In this document: one piece after another, positions 1 through 9,387 of the stretch
Layout: each line of letters opens with the position of its first letter
How positions within the stretch are numbered: the stretch's first letter is position 1
Notes under the pieces: model-generated
What the model saw: only the letters and a program-made list of their open reading frames with translations
Told to the model about the DNA's origin: nothing
The model's database searches: none
Made by a program: the position numbers and the translations under genes
IMG/VR virus record: IMGVR_UViG_3300001765_000054
Coordinates: 1-64,000 of that record
Length of the DNA: 64,000 nt
Direction: 5' to 3' (one strand)
Source: an uncultured virus (IMG/VR IMGVR_UViG_3300001765_000054)
Lineage: Duplodnaviria; Heunggongvirae; Uroviricota; Caudoviricetes

Positions 1-1023
1 TCGGCATCTACAGCGTATGGCGGAGATGTTTCTGGCGTTGTGGTATTGGCTACTGTCACATCTGCCAATCAAAGGTTATATGCTGGCTCGCTTAAAACTG
101 GAGTTACCTTACAAGGAAGCGCTAGTTTTACAGGAGCTTTAAGCTCAACGACCACTTCTAGGATTGCCGTAGGAGAGCCATTAAACGCCAGAAACCCACA
201 AGCCGGATGCGCAGTAATGCTAATCTGGAATCGCGCCCTCTCAGATGCAGAAATCAAATCCATCGGCAACAACCCCTGGAAAATCTTCGAGCCAGAAGAA
301 CAGTGGATTTGGATACCTGATGAAGCGGGTACAGGCGGTGATCACCTTGTCACAGCAAGTGGCAGCACCCAAGGCAATACATCAAGCGCTGGTGCAATAA
401 ACCAGACGCATCAAACGACTGCTGCATCCAGCACTCAAGCCAACACAACCAGTGCAGCATCAGTCAATCAGACACACCTGGTTACGAGTGCAAATAGCCA
501 GCAAGCCAACGCCAGCACGGCAGCAAGCGTATCTCAATCTGCGCAGGTGGCAGTAGCAAGCAGCACTCAAGCCAATACCAGCACAACGACAAGCGTAAAC
601 CAGACGCACCTTGTCAGCGCAAGCGCATCGACGCAGCCTGTTGCCACATCAGCGATCAGCGCATCGCAAAGTGCAACTGTGTTTGTGAGCATTGCGGATA
701 GCGTACAGCCAATCGCTAGTAGTTCAGCATCAATCAGCCAGACGCACCAACTTATCTGCGCCCCTGTAGCTGTTGACAACATCGCTAGTGCATCAAGCAT
801 CGTCCAGACGCATCTTGTAGGTGCCAGCGCATTAGTGCAGGGCAACACGGCCAGCAGTGGCGCAATTGCTGTCCCAGGCGCTGCCGTTTATCCTCAACCG
901 GCCCAAGTGCTGTTGGGCGTGCAGTATGGCCCTACAGGCGCAGACTACACCGGCACGGCTACGGGCGGCACCGGCCCATCAGCCGCAGACATCGCCGCAG
1001 CAGTCTGGAGCTACACGCAATGA
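1..1023 (+). CDS. Virion/tail-associated protein, 5'-partial: LamG/concanavalin-like domain end followed by ~20-aa Ser/Thr/Ala/Gln repeats
   Basis: Frame is open from base 1; IWNRALSDAEI is a typical LamG C-terminal motif; repeated Q.N.S.A..(I/V).QTH.V units. Confidence 0.55.
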   Translation, partial: SASTAYGGDVSGVVVLATVTSANQRLYAGSLKTGVTLQGSASFTGALSSTTTSRIAVGEPLNARNPQAGCAVMLIWNRALSDAEIKSIGNNPWKIFEPEEQWIWIPDEAGTGGDHLVTASGSTQGNTSSAGAINQTHQTTAASSTQANTTSAASVNQTHLVTSANSQQANASTAASVSQSAQVAVASSTQANTSTTTSVNQTHLVSASASTQPVATSAISASQSATVFVSIADSVQPIASSSASISQTHQLICAPVAVDNIASASSIVQTHLVGASALVQGNTASSGAIAVPGAAVYPQPAQVLLGVQYGPTGADYTGTATGGTGPSAADIAAAVWSYTQ

Positions 1024-1301
1024 ACGCATGGCAACGCCTGCTCGCAGCATCAAGCCTGGCACTTGGCACAGCATGGCAACTGATAAGCAGCCCGCGCACT
1101 GGTGGCTCTGGCGTAACCGTCAACAATGGCGCGACCGTGGTTATCGCTGACAACGCTCTGACTGTTGCGCTCGCTGACACAAACCGCATCGTCACGCTCG
1201 CAGATAGCCCGGTGTCCGTTGTGCTGGTTGACAGCAGCATCATCGCAGCCATTCAGCCGGGCATCACTGTGCAGATTACAACGCAACCCATTACCGTATA
1301 G
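1020..1301 (+). CDS. Hypothetical virion-associated protein
   Basis: ATGA overlap with upstream ORF; V/I/T-rich beta-type sequence. Confidence 0.6.
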   Translation: MNAWQRLLAASSLALGTAWQLISSPRTGGSGVTVNNGATVVIADNALTVALADTNRIVTLADSPVSVVLVDSSIIAAIQPGITVQITTQPITV

Positions 1302-1309
1302 GCATCATC

Positions 1310-1615
1310 ATGGCATCCATCAAACGCAGACGCACAAACACTTATGCCGACGAACTCACGGTAACAAGCGAATCTGGCGCGATTATCGACATCACTGACT
1401 GCACTTTCGTGATGCACGTCACGACAGACAAGGCCCCGGACGCACTCACCACAAACCTTCTCTACACGGTGACGGGCACCATCATCGGCAGTCCGACCCT
1501 TGGCCGCGTCGAATTTGCCCCAACGCTGCAACAGGCCACCCAGGACGACGGCACCTATTACTATGAGGTTGTGATGACAGACACGGCTTCGCGCACCCCG
1601 AACGATTGCGCTTGA
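1310..1615 (+). CDS. Ig/BppU-like small structural protein, C-terminus possibly frameshifted
   Basis: IDITDCTF...G.V.F.PT..Q....GTYYYEVVMTD pattern. Confidence 0.5.
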   Translation: MASIKRRRTNTYADELTVTSESGAIIDITDCTFVMHVTTDKAPDALTTNLLYTVTGTIIGSPTLGRVEFAPTLQQATQDDGTYYYEVVMTDTASRTPNDCA

Positions 1616-1796
1616 TAAGTACGTCTATTATTGACCCAGATATAAATCTCTTGACATCTACGATCTAATTTAGATGTAAAATCCAACCACGTCAGAAACA
1701 CGATACGTTTCAACTTCGTTGGCTGCGACGACATTGCGGCAAAGAGGCTCGGAAGAGCAATTTGTTCTATGTCTTTTCAGTGAAAGGAAGCCCATC

Positions 1797-2918
1797 ATGG
1801 CGCTTACCAATTTCGGTCTATTGACCAACGAAGTAAAAACAATCTGGGGGATGGACCTCTGGAAAAATGCCCGGAACCAAAGCTTCATCTCGAAGTTCCT
1901 CGGCGAAGGCACCAACTCGATGATCCAGCACATCACCACGCTGAAGTCGAGCCAAAAAGGCGCACGCGCCGTCATCACACTTCTGGCTGACTTGCAGGGC
2001 GACGGCGTAGCCGGTGACCGCACGCTGGTCGGTAACGAAGAAGGTATGCAGACCTTCGAGCAGGTGATCCGCATCGACCAACTACGTCATGCGAACCGCC
2101 ACGAAGGTCGTATGGCCGATCAAAAATCGATCGTCAGCTTCCGCGACAACAGCAAGAACGTGCTGGCCTACTGGCTCGCTGATCGTATCGATCAGATGGC
2201 GTTCCAGACCCTCGCCGGTATCGGCTACCAGTACAAGCCCAACGGTGCGCTTCGTGTCGGCTCTGACCTCCAGTACCTGGAGTTCGCTGCTGACGTGTCC
2301 GTCCCATCTCCTCGGCGTCGGTGCCGCTGGGACCAGACAAACGGCGTGCTCAAGACCAGTATCACTGGCAGCAACACCTCCTCTGCCGTAGTCGCCACTG
2401 ACTTCCCCAGTTGGAAGATGTTTGTGCAGCTCAAAGCTTATTGCAAAGACCGCTATATCCGTGGCACCGGTGGCGAAGGCGGTCAAGAGACCTACCACGC
2501 TTTCTTGACTCCGCAGGCTATGGCCAAGCTGAAACAAGACACTGACTACAACGCCAATCTGCGTTACAGCCAGAACAGCGGTGTCAATGACAAGCTGTTC
2601 ACTGGTGACACGGTGAAGATCGATGGCATCTACCTGCACGAATTCCGCCATGTGCCCAACACCTCCGGCCTCAGTTCCGGCAAGTACGGCGCAGGCGGTG
2701 ACGTCGATGGTTGCCAGGTACTGTTCTGTGGCGCTCAAGCACTCGGTATGGCCGACCTCGGCGCTCCTGAGTGGAACGAAGAGAACTTCGACTTCGGCAA
2801 CAGCCAGGCCATTGCCACCGGCAAGATTCTCGGCTTCCTGAAACCGAAGTTCGGCAACATCTATGAGTCGAACGCGGTCGAAGACTTCGGTGTGGTTTCT
2901 TGCTACGTCGCTCAGTAG
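1797..2918 (+). CDS. Major capsid protein (N4-gp56/DUF4043-like)
   Basis: Start at MALTNFG after GAAAGGAAG SD; L.G.GV.GD..L.GNEE and IDQLRHA motifs; highly biased codons. Confidence 0.85.
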   Translation: MALTNFGLLTNEVKTIWGMDLWKNARNQSFISKFLGEGTNSMIQHITTLKSSQKGARAVITLLADLQGDGVAGDRTLVGNEEGMQTFEQVIRIDQLRHANRHEGRMADQKSIVSFRDNSKNVLAYWLADRIDQMAFQTLAGIGYQYKPNGALRVGSDLQYLEFAADVSVPSPRRRCRWDQTNGVLKTSITGSNTSSAVVATDFPSWKMFVQLKAYCKDRYIRGTGGEGGQETYHAFLTPQAMAKLKQDTDYNANLRYSQNSGVNDKLFTGDTVKIDGIYLHEFRHVPNTSGLSSGKYGAGGDVDGCQVLFCGAQALGMADLGAPEWNEENFDFGNSQAIATGKILGFLKPKFGNIYESNAVEDFGVVSCYVAQ

Positions 2919-2943
2919 TTCTAACATCTAAGGAAGAATCACC

Positions 2944-3447
2944 ATGAAGAAACTTGCCTCGCGCACCGCGCAATACCCTCTGATCGCCGAGTTCGCCTTC
3001 TCCTGGAACGAGTTCGTTGTTGACTCCGCAGACTTCGTCAAGAAGACCCTCGGTTCGACCGTGGCGCTCTCCACTGACCCGGCGGAAGCTGGCCTGACCG
3101 GCCCCGTCGCCAACACCATCACCTTCGACTGCATCCCGTTGCCGGTCGGTGCTGTGCTGGTGGGTGGCGAGCTGATCATCGAGACCGCTTACGCTGGCTG
3201 CACCGCTGCCACCATTACCCTGGGCATCACCGGAGCGCTGACCACGATCCTGGGTTCCACCTCCCTGATGGCTGCTGCCAACACACGTACTGCTTTGCTG
3301 TTGACAACTGCGCTCCAGAGCAACGCTGCCGGCAACAACGTACGCGCCACCATCGCCTACACCGTGGCCAACGCTACGGCTGGCAAAGCGCGTGTGCGGC
3401 TGATGTACACGATCGATGGCCGTACCAACGAAATCCAGATCAGCTAA
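2944..3447 (+). CDS. Capsid decoration/cement-like protein
   Basis: Directly after capsid gene and before a terminator; LP.GA....G...I.TA pattern. Confidence 0.55.
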   Translation: MKKLASRTAQYPLIAEFAFSWNEFVVDSADFVKKTLGSTVALSTDPAEAGLTGPVANTITFDCIPLPVGAVLVGGELIIETAYAGCTAATITLGITGALTTILGSTSLMAAANTRTALLLTTALQSNAAGNNVRATIAYTVANATAGKARVRLMYTIDGRTNEIQIS

Positions 3448-3468
3448 ACCTGAGACGGAGTAATAAAG

Positions 3469-3492
3469 GCGGGGTCCACGAGACCCCGTTTT
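3469..3492 (+). terminator. Rho-independent terminator
   Basis: GCGGGGTC-cacga-GACCCCGT followed by T-run. Confidence 0.7.
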
Positions 3493-3519
3493 CCTATCAA
3501 CCTACATACCTATGGCACT

Positions 3520-3891
3520 ATGAACTACATCGCACCCCGAGACATGACCGTGGCTTCCAAGTCAGGTCGATCTGTCGAATTCAAGAAAGGCGTACCCATC
3601 TACGCCCCCGACCAGATGCACGCAGAGCTGATCGCCTGCGGCATCGTCCCCGCTGAAGAAATTCCCGAGCCGCCCGACGACGGTGGTCCGAAAGAACCGA
3701 CCGTTGCCGCCGAGCGCGAGTTTGAAGTGTTCCTCGCTTTCGAGAAGCTCATCCTGCGCAACAAGCGCGGCGACTTCGCTGGCACCGGTGCGCCCCACGC
3801 GGCTGTACTCAGTAAAGAGCTCGGCTGGAGCATCGACGCCAAGGAGCGCGACGTGCTCTGGCAAAAGTATCAAGCTGACAAGGCTGTGTAA
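3520..3891 (+). CDS. Hypothetical protein (head module)
   Basis: Good codon bias, coupled to next ORF. Confidence 0.7.
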   Translation: MNYIAPRDMTVASKSGRSVEFKKGVPIYAPDQMHAELIACGIVPAEEIPEPPDDGGPKEPTVAAEREFEVFLAFEKLILRNKRGDFAGTGAPHAAVLSKELGWSIDAKERDVLWQKYQADKAV

Positions 3892-4529
3892 TGACTACCA
3901 CCGAGCTGCTCGCCCTGTTCCGCATCGAGGTCTTCGACCTCGAACTACCCTACCTCTGGTCTGACGCCTGGGTGTATGGGGCCATCGACGCGGCGCAGAA
4001 GCAGTTCTGCCGCGACACGTTCGGTATCGCCGACGCCCGCAGCTACACAGTCGCCATCGTGCCCGGCACGCAGTGGTACACCACCAACCCGAGCATCCTG
4101 AAGATTCGTGACGCTATCGACGCCTCCACTGGGCGGGCTATGCCGATCATCTCCGCTGAGAAGATGCATGAGAACAGCATGAAGTTCGACGGCACCACAG
4201 GCCCGTGCAGGGCGCTGATCTCCGGGCTCGAAGAGAACACCCTGCGTGCTTGGCCCGTGCCATCAGAGGCTGCGACCATCGAGCTGCGCGTGTTCCGGCT
4301 GCCGGTCACGGTCGAGGCTGGTGACGACTTTGAAATCCCCGAACAGCACCACCGCTACCTGCTGCACTGGGTCAAGCACCTGGCGTATGGTGTGCAGGAC
4401 ACAGAAGCCTACAACAAGAGCGCTTACGAGATGTACGCAGGACTACACGCAGCGTACTGCGCGAAGGCGAAAGCCGAGCAGACCCGCGCCCGCAGGCCGG
4501 TCGGAACCGTCACATACGGTGGAATTTGA
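3891..4529 (+). CDS. Head-tail adaptor protein
   Basis: Position; R....D...PYLWSD N-terminus and IPE.HH..L..W C-terminal pattern. Confidence 0.65.
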   Translation: MTTTELLALFRIEVFDLELPYLWSDAWVYGAIDAAQKQFCRDTFGIADARSYTVAIVPGTQWYTTNPSILKIRDAIDASTGRAMPIISAEKMHENSMKFDGTTGPCRALISGLEENTLRAWPVPSEAATIELRVFRLPVTVEAGDDFEIPEQHHRYLLHWVKHLAYGVQDTEAYNKSAYEMYAGLHAAYCAKAKAEQTRARRPVGTVTYGGI

Positions 4530-4553
4530 CGGCCTCAGTTCAATCTGCCGCCA

Positions 4554-4610
4554 CCGGGAGGTGCGGAGGCCGCAACCGGTGTAGTGCCCGGAATCCAACC
4601 TCCCGGCATC
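4554..4610 (+). ncRNA. Candidate structured RNA, C4 antisense RNA-like
   Basis: CCGGGAGGT/ACCTCCCGG outer pairing; GGAGG-CCGCAA-CCGG..CCGG-AATCCAA-CCTCC layout. Confidence 0.35.
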
Positions 4611-4634
4611 TACCATCTAAGATAGAATCTAGCT

Positions 4635-5777
4635 ATGGAAACCATTTCGGCGTTCAAGGGCATCAATAACGTGTCCGACCCCATGCGGCTCGGGATGAAG
4701 TGGCTCGCCCAGGCCGATAACGTCAACATCAGCGACACAGGGGCCATCTCCAAGCGCGAAGGCTACGCCCTGAACCGCGCCGGAGCGTTCACCGGTGCCT
4801 ACAACACGCTCGATTTCAGCCGCTTGTATCTGGCAACAGACAGCACCATCCAGGATTTTGTGGGCACCATCATCTACACCATGTTAGCCCCAGGAAAGAC
4901 GGTTCATTGGTGCGAAATCAACGAGCAGGTGTTTTTCAACAATGGCGTTGATACTGGCATCATCCTGCCAGACAACAGCATCATCCCTTGGGGATGGACT
5001 GCGCCTACAGCACCGAGCGTAGCCGCTGTGACTGGCAACCTGCCAGCAGGCTTGTACCAAGTGCGCTGCACGGCCACATTGCCCGACGGGCGTGAGACTG
5101 GCGCAAGCGAAGCCGCAGAGATCACCCTGGCTGAAGGTCAATCGCTACAACTCAGCGGGCTTACACCAGGCAACAACATCTACATCACCCCAGCGAACTC
5201 CGAGGTGTATCAGCTCGCAGGACGCGCAACGTCATCAGCGTTCACCTTCAACGCTTCACCAGATGCGCTCGGGCGTGACCTGCTGAACAACTTCCTTGAC
5301 CCGTTGCCGTTCGGCTCTGACGTGATTCAGGCATGGCGCGGGCGTGTTTATGCATCGAGCTACATGGCCAGCGAAAACCAGTCAGTCGTTTGGTTCAGCG
5401 AGGCACTCGGGTATCACCTTTTCAATTTGAATCAGAACTACATCATCGTGCCCGGCAAGGTCGAGATGCTGGCCCCGCACGACAGTGCGCTGGTGATCGG
5501 CACAGATGCCAAGGTGTTTGCGTATGACGGCCAGAAGCTCGACACGCTGGCCGACTATGGCGTGGTGGCGGGCCAACATTGGGCGCGATACGACAGTTCA
5601 ATTCTCTTCTGGTCGTTGCGAGGGTTATGCGCCTTCGCTCCATTCGCAAATCTCACCGAAAAACAGATTTCAGTCGCTCCCGGCATTCGCGCTGGTGGGT
5701 GTTTAGTGCGCCAAGACGGTCAAGCCAGATACGTCGCGTCGCTGCAAACCGGGGGCACAGCCTTCAATTCTCTCTAG
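4635..5777 (+). CDS. Tail nozzle/stabilisation-like virion protein
   Basis: F.GINNV...A.NV.I...G...KR.G N-terminus; position after adaptor. Confidence 0.6.
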   Translation: METISAFKGINNVSDPMRLGMKWLAQADNVNISDTGAISKREGYALNRAGAFTGAYNTLDFSRLYLATDSTIQDFVGTIIYTMLAPGKTVHWCEINEQVFFNNGVDTGIILPDNSIIPWGWTAPTAPSVAAVTGNLPAGLYQVRCTATLPDGRETGASEAAEITLAEGQSLQLSGLTPGNNIYITPANSEVYQLAGRATSSAFTFNASPDALGRDLLNNFLDPLPFGSDVIQAWRGRVYASSYMASENQSVVWFSEALGYHLFNLNQNYIIVPGKVEMLAPHDSALVIGTDAKVFAYDGQKLDTLADYGVVAGQHWARYDSSILFWSLRGLCAFAPFANLTEKQISVAPGIRAGGCLVRQDGQARYVASLQTGGTAFNSL

Positions 5778-5787
5778 GAGTTATCCC

Positions 5788-6258
5788 ATGACCATCCGCC
5801 TCAGCAATAAATTACGCACCAATCTCGCCGGTTCTACCGGCTTCGCCGCCACCTTCGCCGACGGCATTATCGACATTTATTCTGGCACTCAGCCTGCCAG
5901 CGCAGACTTAGCTCCTACAGGCACGAAGCTCGGTCGGTTCACACTGGCCTCTGGCGCGTTCGTCGCCGGGGTTTCAACCAATGGCCTGACCTTCGCTACT
6001 GCCGCCGACGGCGCAGTGAGTAAGTCGGGTGTGTGGTCGTTCTCGGTGGGCCTGGCCGCTGGTACGGCTGGTTATTTCCGGCTCAAGACAAACGCAGGCG
6101 CTGATGTGGATACCGATCAGACATCGCTGAAGGCTGAAGCCCGGTTGGACGGCTCCATCGCTACGAGTGGCGCTGATATGAATCTGAGCAACACAGCCAT
6201 CACCACATCAAGCCCTGTAACGATAGACGTGTTTACTTGGACGCAAAGTGCTAGCTAG
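5788..6258 (+). CDS. Virion structural protein
   Basis: GGAG SD; IYSGTQPA.AD and AGTAGYFRL motifs common in phage structural proteins. Confidence 0.6.
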   Translation: MTIRLSNKLRTNLAGSTGFAATFADGIIDIYSGTQPASADLAPTGTKLGRFTLASGAFVAGVSTNGLTFATAADGAVSKSGVWSFSVGLAAGTAGYFRLKTNAGADVDTDQTSLKAEARLDGSIATSGADMNLSNTAITTSSPVTIDVFTWTQSAS

Positions 6259-6260
6259 TC

Positions 6261-7022
6261 ATGACGCGCACTGCTGGGGTATATGAAATCCGTAACACCT
6301 TGGATAACAAGGTGTATATCGGTTCGTCAATCAATGTAGGTGCCAGACTGAATGCACACAAAAACCACTTGAAACGCGGCGAACATGCGTCTGCACACCT
6401 ACAGGCCGCATGGGCGAAATACGGCCATGACGCGTTCAAGTTTAAACAGCTTATCGTATGTGCAGAGAAAGATATTCTGTTTTACGAGCAGCGAATCATG
6501 GATGGCTACAAGGCCAATCTGAGAGAGTTTGGATACAACAGACGAATCGTTGTTGAGACGTGTGCTGGAATGAAGTTGTCGGATGAGCACAAGGCAAAAA
6601 TTGCGGCGAAAGTCCCTCGCGGCAAAGATCACCAATACTATGGCGTTGGGTTGTGCGCCAAAGCGTACCAAATGGCGGCTGACCTGAAGCGAGGGAAGCC
6701 AATGCCCGCCGAACAACGGGCAAAGCTATCTGCGGCAACAAAAGGGAAAAAGAAACATCCTGGCTTCGGTGCAATACTGAGTGCAGCACGCAAGGGTGTC
6801 CCGTACAGCGAGCAAGCCCGCAGGAACATGAGCATTGCCAGAACCGGCATGGTTCAGACACGAGAAGCCAAAGAACACAAAGGTAAACTGACATATGAGA
6901 AAGTTGCAGAACTGCGTAAACTAGCATCCGATGGCGTTGGCCCGCATTCAAAACTCGCAGAAATGTTTGGCGTGTCGCGTGGCCGCATCAGCGCAATCCT
7001 GCGCGGCGAGTCCTGGACTTGA
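6261..7022 (+). CDS. Free-standing GIY-YIG homing endonuclease with NUMOD3-like repeats and C-terminal HTH
   Basis: GVYEIRN...KVYIGSS..R...H; GYN; LSDEHKAKIA repeats. Confidence 0.85.
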   Translation: MTRTAGVYEIRNTLDNKVYIGSSINVGARLNAHKNHLKRGEHASAHLQAAWAKYGHDAFKFKQLIVCAEKDILFYEQRIMDGYKANLREFGYNRRIVVETCAGMKLSDEHKAKIAAKVPRGKDHQYYGVGLCAKAYQMAADLKRGKPMPAEQRAKLSAATKGKKKHPGFGAILSAARKGVPYSEQARRNMSIARTGMVQTREAKEHKGKLTYEKVAELRKLASDGVGPHSKLAEMFGVSRGRISAILRGESWT

Positions 7023-7025
7023 AAA

Positions 7026-9287
7026 TTGGAGCACCGCATCATCCTCGGAGGGGAATCATTCCTCCCCTTCGCTCGTAGCTGTGTAGCCAAGCTCAAGAAG
7101 CTGGGGCTTGCCCACGCCAGTCAGTCATTCGAGATCGACGGTGTGTCAATCAAGGTGCGCATCGAACCTGGGCATGAGTACATCAGGATTGATGGCAACC
7201 CGCTGCTCCCTATCAGCATGGACAGCGGTATTGTTGACCTGCGCTGGGAATACGGCAACCCCGATGGTGTGCTGTACAAGACGACCGGATATGCCAACTA
7301 TGTTAGTGGGTACATAGTCAACGAAGTAGGTAACTGGAAGGAGCAACCCAGCGAACGCGCTCTTGGTACGTATGGACAACTCGCTGGCAGGGCGTGGGTT
7401 AGCAGAAGTAAAGCATACGGTCAGATTGAACTCGATAGCAGGGCCAAGTCGTATTCAGCCGGAGTAGAGCTCACAACCGATGACCCGCCGGTGTATGCCC
7501 GGATGAAGAACGACCTGGTGCTCAAGGATAAAAAACAGCAAACTCCAGCATCTCAGTTTACCGGACGCACCAGGCTCTACGTTCAGGCCATCTACGGGTC
7601 GCACCTGTATGAGTTTCAGAACTCACCTGGGACAAACTACAACAACACCTCTGGTAAGCCGGTGATAAAGGTTGGACAAGGAACGATCACACTCCCCACA
7701 TCGTATGCTGATGAGCGCAAAGATGAAGAGAACGCGATAACGGAGTTCACCCTGAGCACATCGTCTGGCGTATGGTTCGACCCGGAGACCGGTAAGCACT
7801 GGCTGTTTGAAGCGGCTACAGACGCGCTAACTGTGTTCCAAATGGCCGCCCCGAAGAAGCTAGAGTTCATTCATAAACTGTTGAGCAGCAGCAACCCGCG
7901 CCCACTCCCCCAAAGTGAGCGAGTCCGGCTAGAGACGTACTTGTTGTCAGTCAGCCTACCCATAGTTTCATCGAGACAGGTTATTCAGTTCGGGGAAACT
8001 ATAATCGGCGATTCTTTCGGCTATCGTTGGCACTGGAACTTCAGTGGAACAGCAGCAGACATTGTTGCGCTAGCCGGAGGCATCTTCGCTGAGACGAACA
8101 CTAATTATTACGACGCATCCCACTACCGAATCAACCCAACTAAGTCCGCTGATGATGTCTGGACGGTGAGCCTACAGGCAGTAGAGAAAAACAAACAATT
8201 TGTTCTAGACTATCACTACTGGTGTGTGCTTTTCCCGATCTGGGACAACCAGCACTCTCGTCGGCTAGGTAAGGGGTTCAACGTCATGATCGACTGCGAT
8301 GCGCCTTTGTACGTTTTCTACAAAGGCGACGATGTGCAGTTATGCAGGTTCAAAGGGCGATGGGTTGACCTCGGCCCTGGTGTCCGCGAGGTAACAAACG
8401 AGTTTGCACACAACACTGCCTACCAAGGTCAGCTGTTAGTCTACCAGTTCATGCCAACCACGCCGCTTGGGAAATACACTGACACGCTTCTATCCTCGCG
8501 CCACTTTGAAGGGACGTTTACTGTTGGCAGCGCAGAGATAACCAGCGTGGACTCCAAGCAAGAAACTGTAAATGAGGTAGGTGGATTTGGCACAGAAAGG
8601 GTTCCGTTCGGTGAGCCCGCAAACGGAGGGGCTATATACGGTGTCCAATACGTGCCGTACTCAAACCCACCGGAACCACAGCCCCACATTCTCGAGTCAG
8701 GGAGAGAGTCTGCTCGCGTAGGGGGTACGTTCGCAAAATCTACGCTGTACGGTAGGTATCAACTCTACTACGGCGGTGCTCAAGCAACTTTTATAACTAG
8801 GAACTACACGAAATACACTGCAGGCACCGCTCTATTTGTAGTTCCCCATTACGACGCAGAAGCTGTGTACATGTCGAAGAGGACATGGACTAGAGAAGTA
8901 GGGTCAGAGTCCGCCGGGACTCAGTCATGGACGGATACGCGCCAGTATCGCGGAATAGATTTCGGCGGGTCGGTAGTAACAAACACCTACTATGGGTTCT
9001 TCTATGCCGGAGAGGCTACCCCGCTACCAGATCAGTCAGGCCCGTTTGATATAGAGACTATCGAACACGGCCCTCTGAAAATATATGGAAAGACATCGGC
9101 GGATACTACGCTGGAGTGCGATGCTGCATACTTTGCTGGGATCGAAGAAGTTATATCGTTCATCGCCCCGACGCAATCCGGGGTATCCACAACAGACCCG
9201 GTGATATATGCGCCTAAGTTCGGCGTTATAAAAGGCTCACCCACGTTGCCGACTGACGCATCGGTAGCCATAGTCGGCTGGGTATAG
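7026..9287 (+). CDS. Large virion/tail protein
   Basis: 753-aa ORF in tail module; aromatic-rich, less GC3-biased body. Confidence 0.6.
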   Translation: MEHRIILGGESFLPFARSCVAKLKKLGLAHASQSFEIDGVSIKVRIEPGHEYIRIDGNPLLPISMDSGIVDLRWEYGNPDGVLYKTTGYANYVSGYIVNEVGNWKEQPSERALGTYGQLAGRAWVSRSKAYGQIELDSRAKSYSAGVELTTDDPPVYARMKNDLVLKDKKQQTPASQFTGRTRLYVQAIYGSHLYEFQNSPGTNYNNTSGKPVIKVGQGTITLPTSYADERKDEENAITEFTLSTSSGVWFDPETGKHWLFEAATDALTVFQMAAPKKLEFIHKLLSSSNPRPLPQSERVRLETYLLSVSLPIVSSRQVIQFGETIIGDSFGYRWHWNFSGTAADIVALAGGIFAETNTNYYDASHYRINPTKSADDVWTVSLQAVEKNKQFVLDYHYWCVLFPIWDNQHSRRLGKGFNVMIDCDAPLYVFYKGDDVQLCRFKGRWVDLGPGVREVTNEFAHNTAYQGQLLVYQFMPTTPLGKYTDTLLSSRHFEGTFTVGSAEITSVDSKQETVNEVGGFGTERVPFGEPANGGAIYGVQYVPYSNPPEPQPHILESGRESARVGGTFAKSTLYGRYQLYYGGAQATFITRNYTKYTAGTALFVVPHYDAEAVYMSKRTWTREVGSESAGTQSWTDTRQYRGIDFGGSVVTNTYYGFFYAGEATPLPDQSGPFDIETIEHGPLKIYGKTSADTTLECDAAYFAGIEEVISFIAPTQSGVSTTDPVIYAPKFGVIKGSPTLPTDASVAIVGWV

Positions 9288-9387
9288 CGGAGAAATGTTA
9301 TGGATATACAACAGGAACTTAACCATAGCGGTGCGCCAAAAGCTACACCGCTCAAAGCCAACTGCGGATTGATATAAGGAGTCACAA

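Noticed and set aside
1590..1633. Possible extra C at CCCC near 1596 altering the end of ORF 1310
   Set aside because: Most simply a sequencing indel; no evidence of programmed frameshifting
1719..1796. Upstream extension of the capsid ORF in the ORF track
   Set aside because: SD and family-like N-terminus point to ATG 1797
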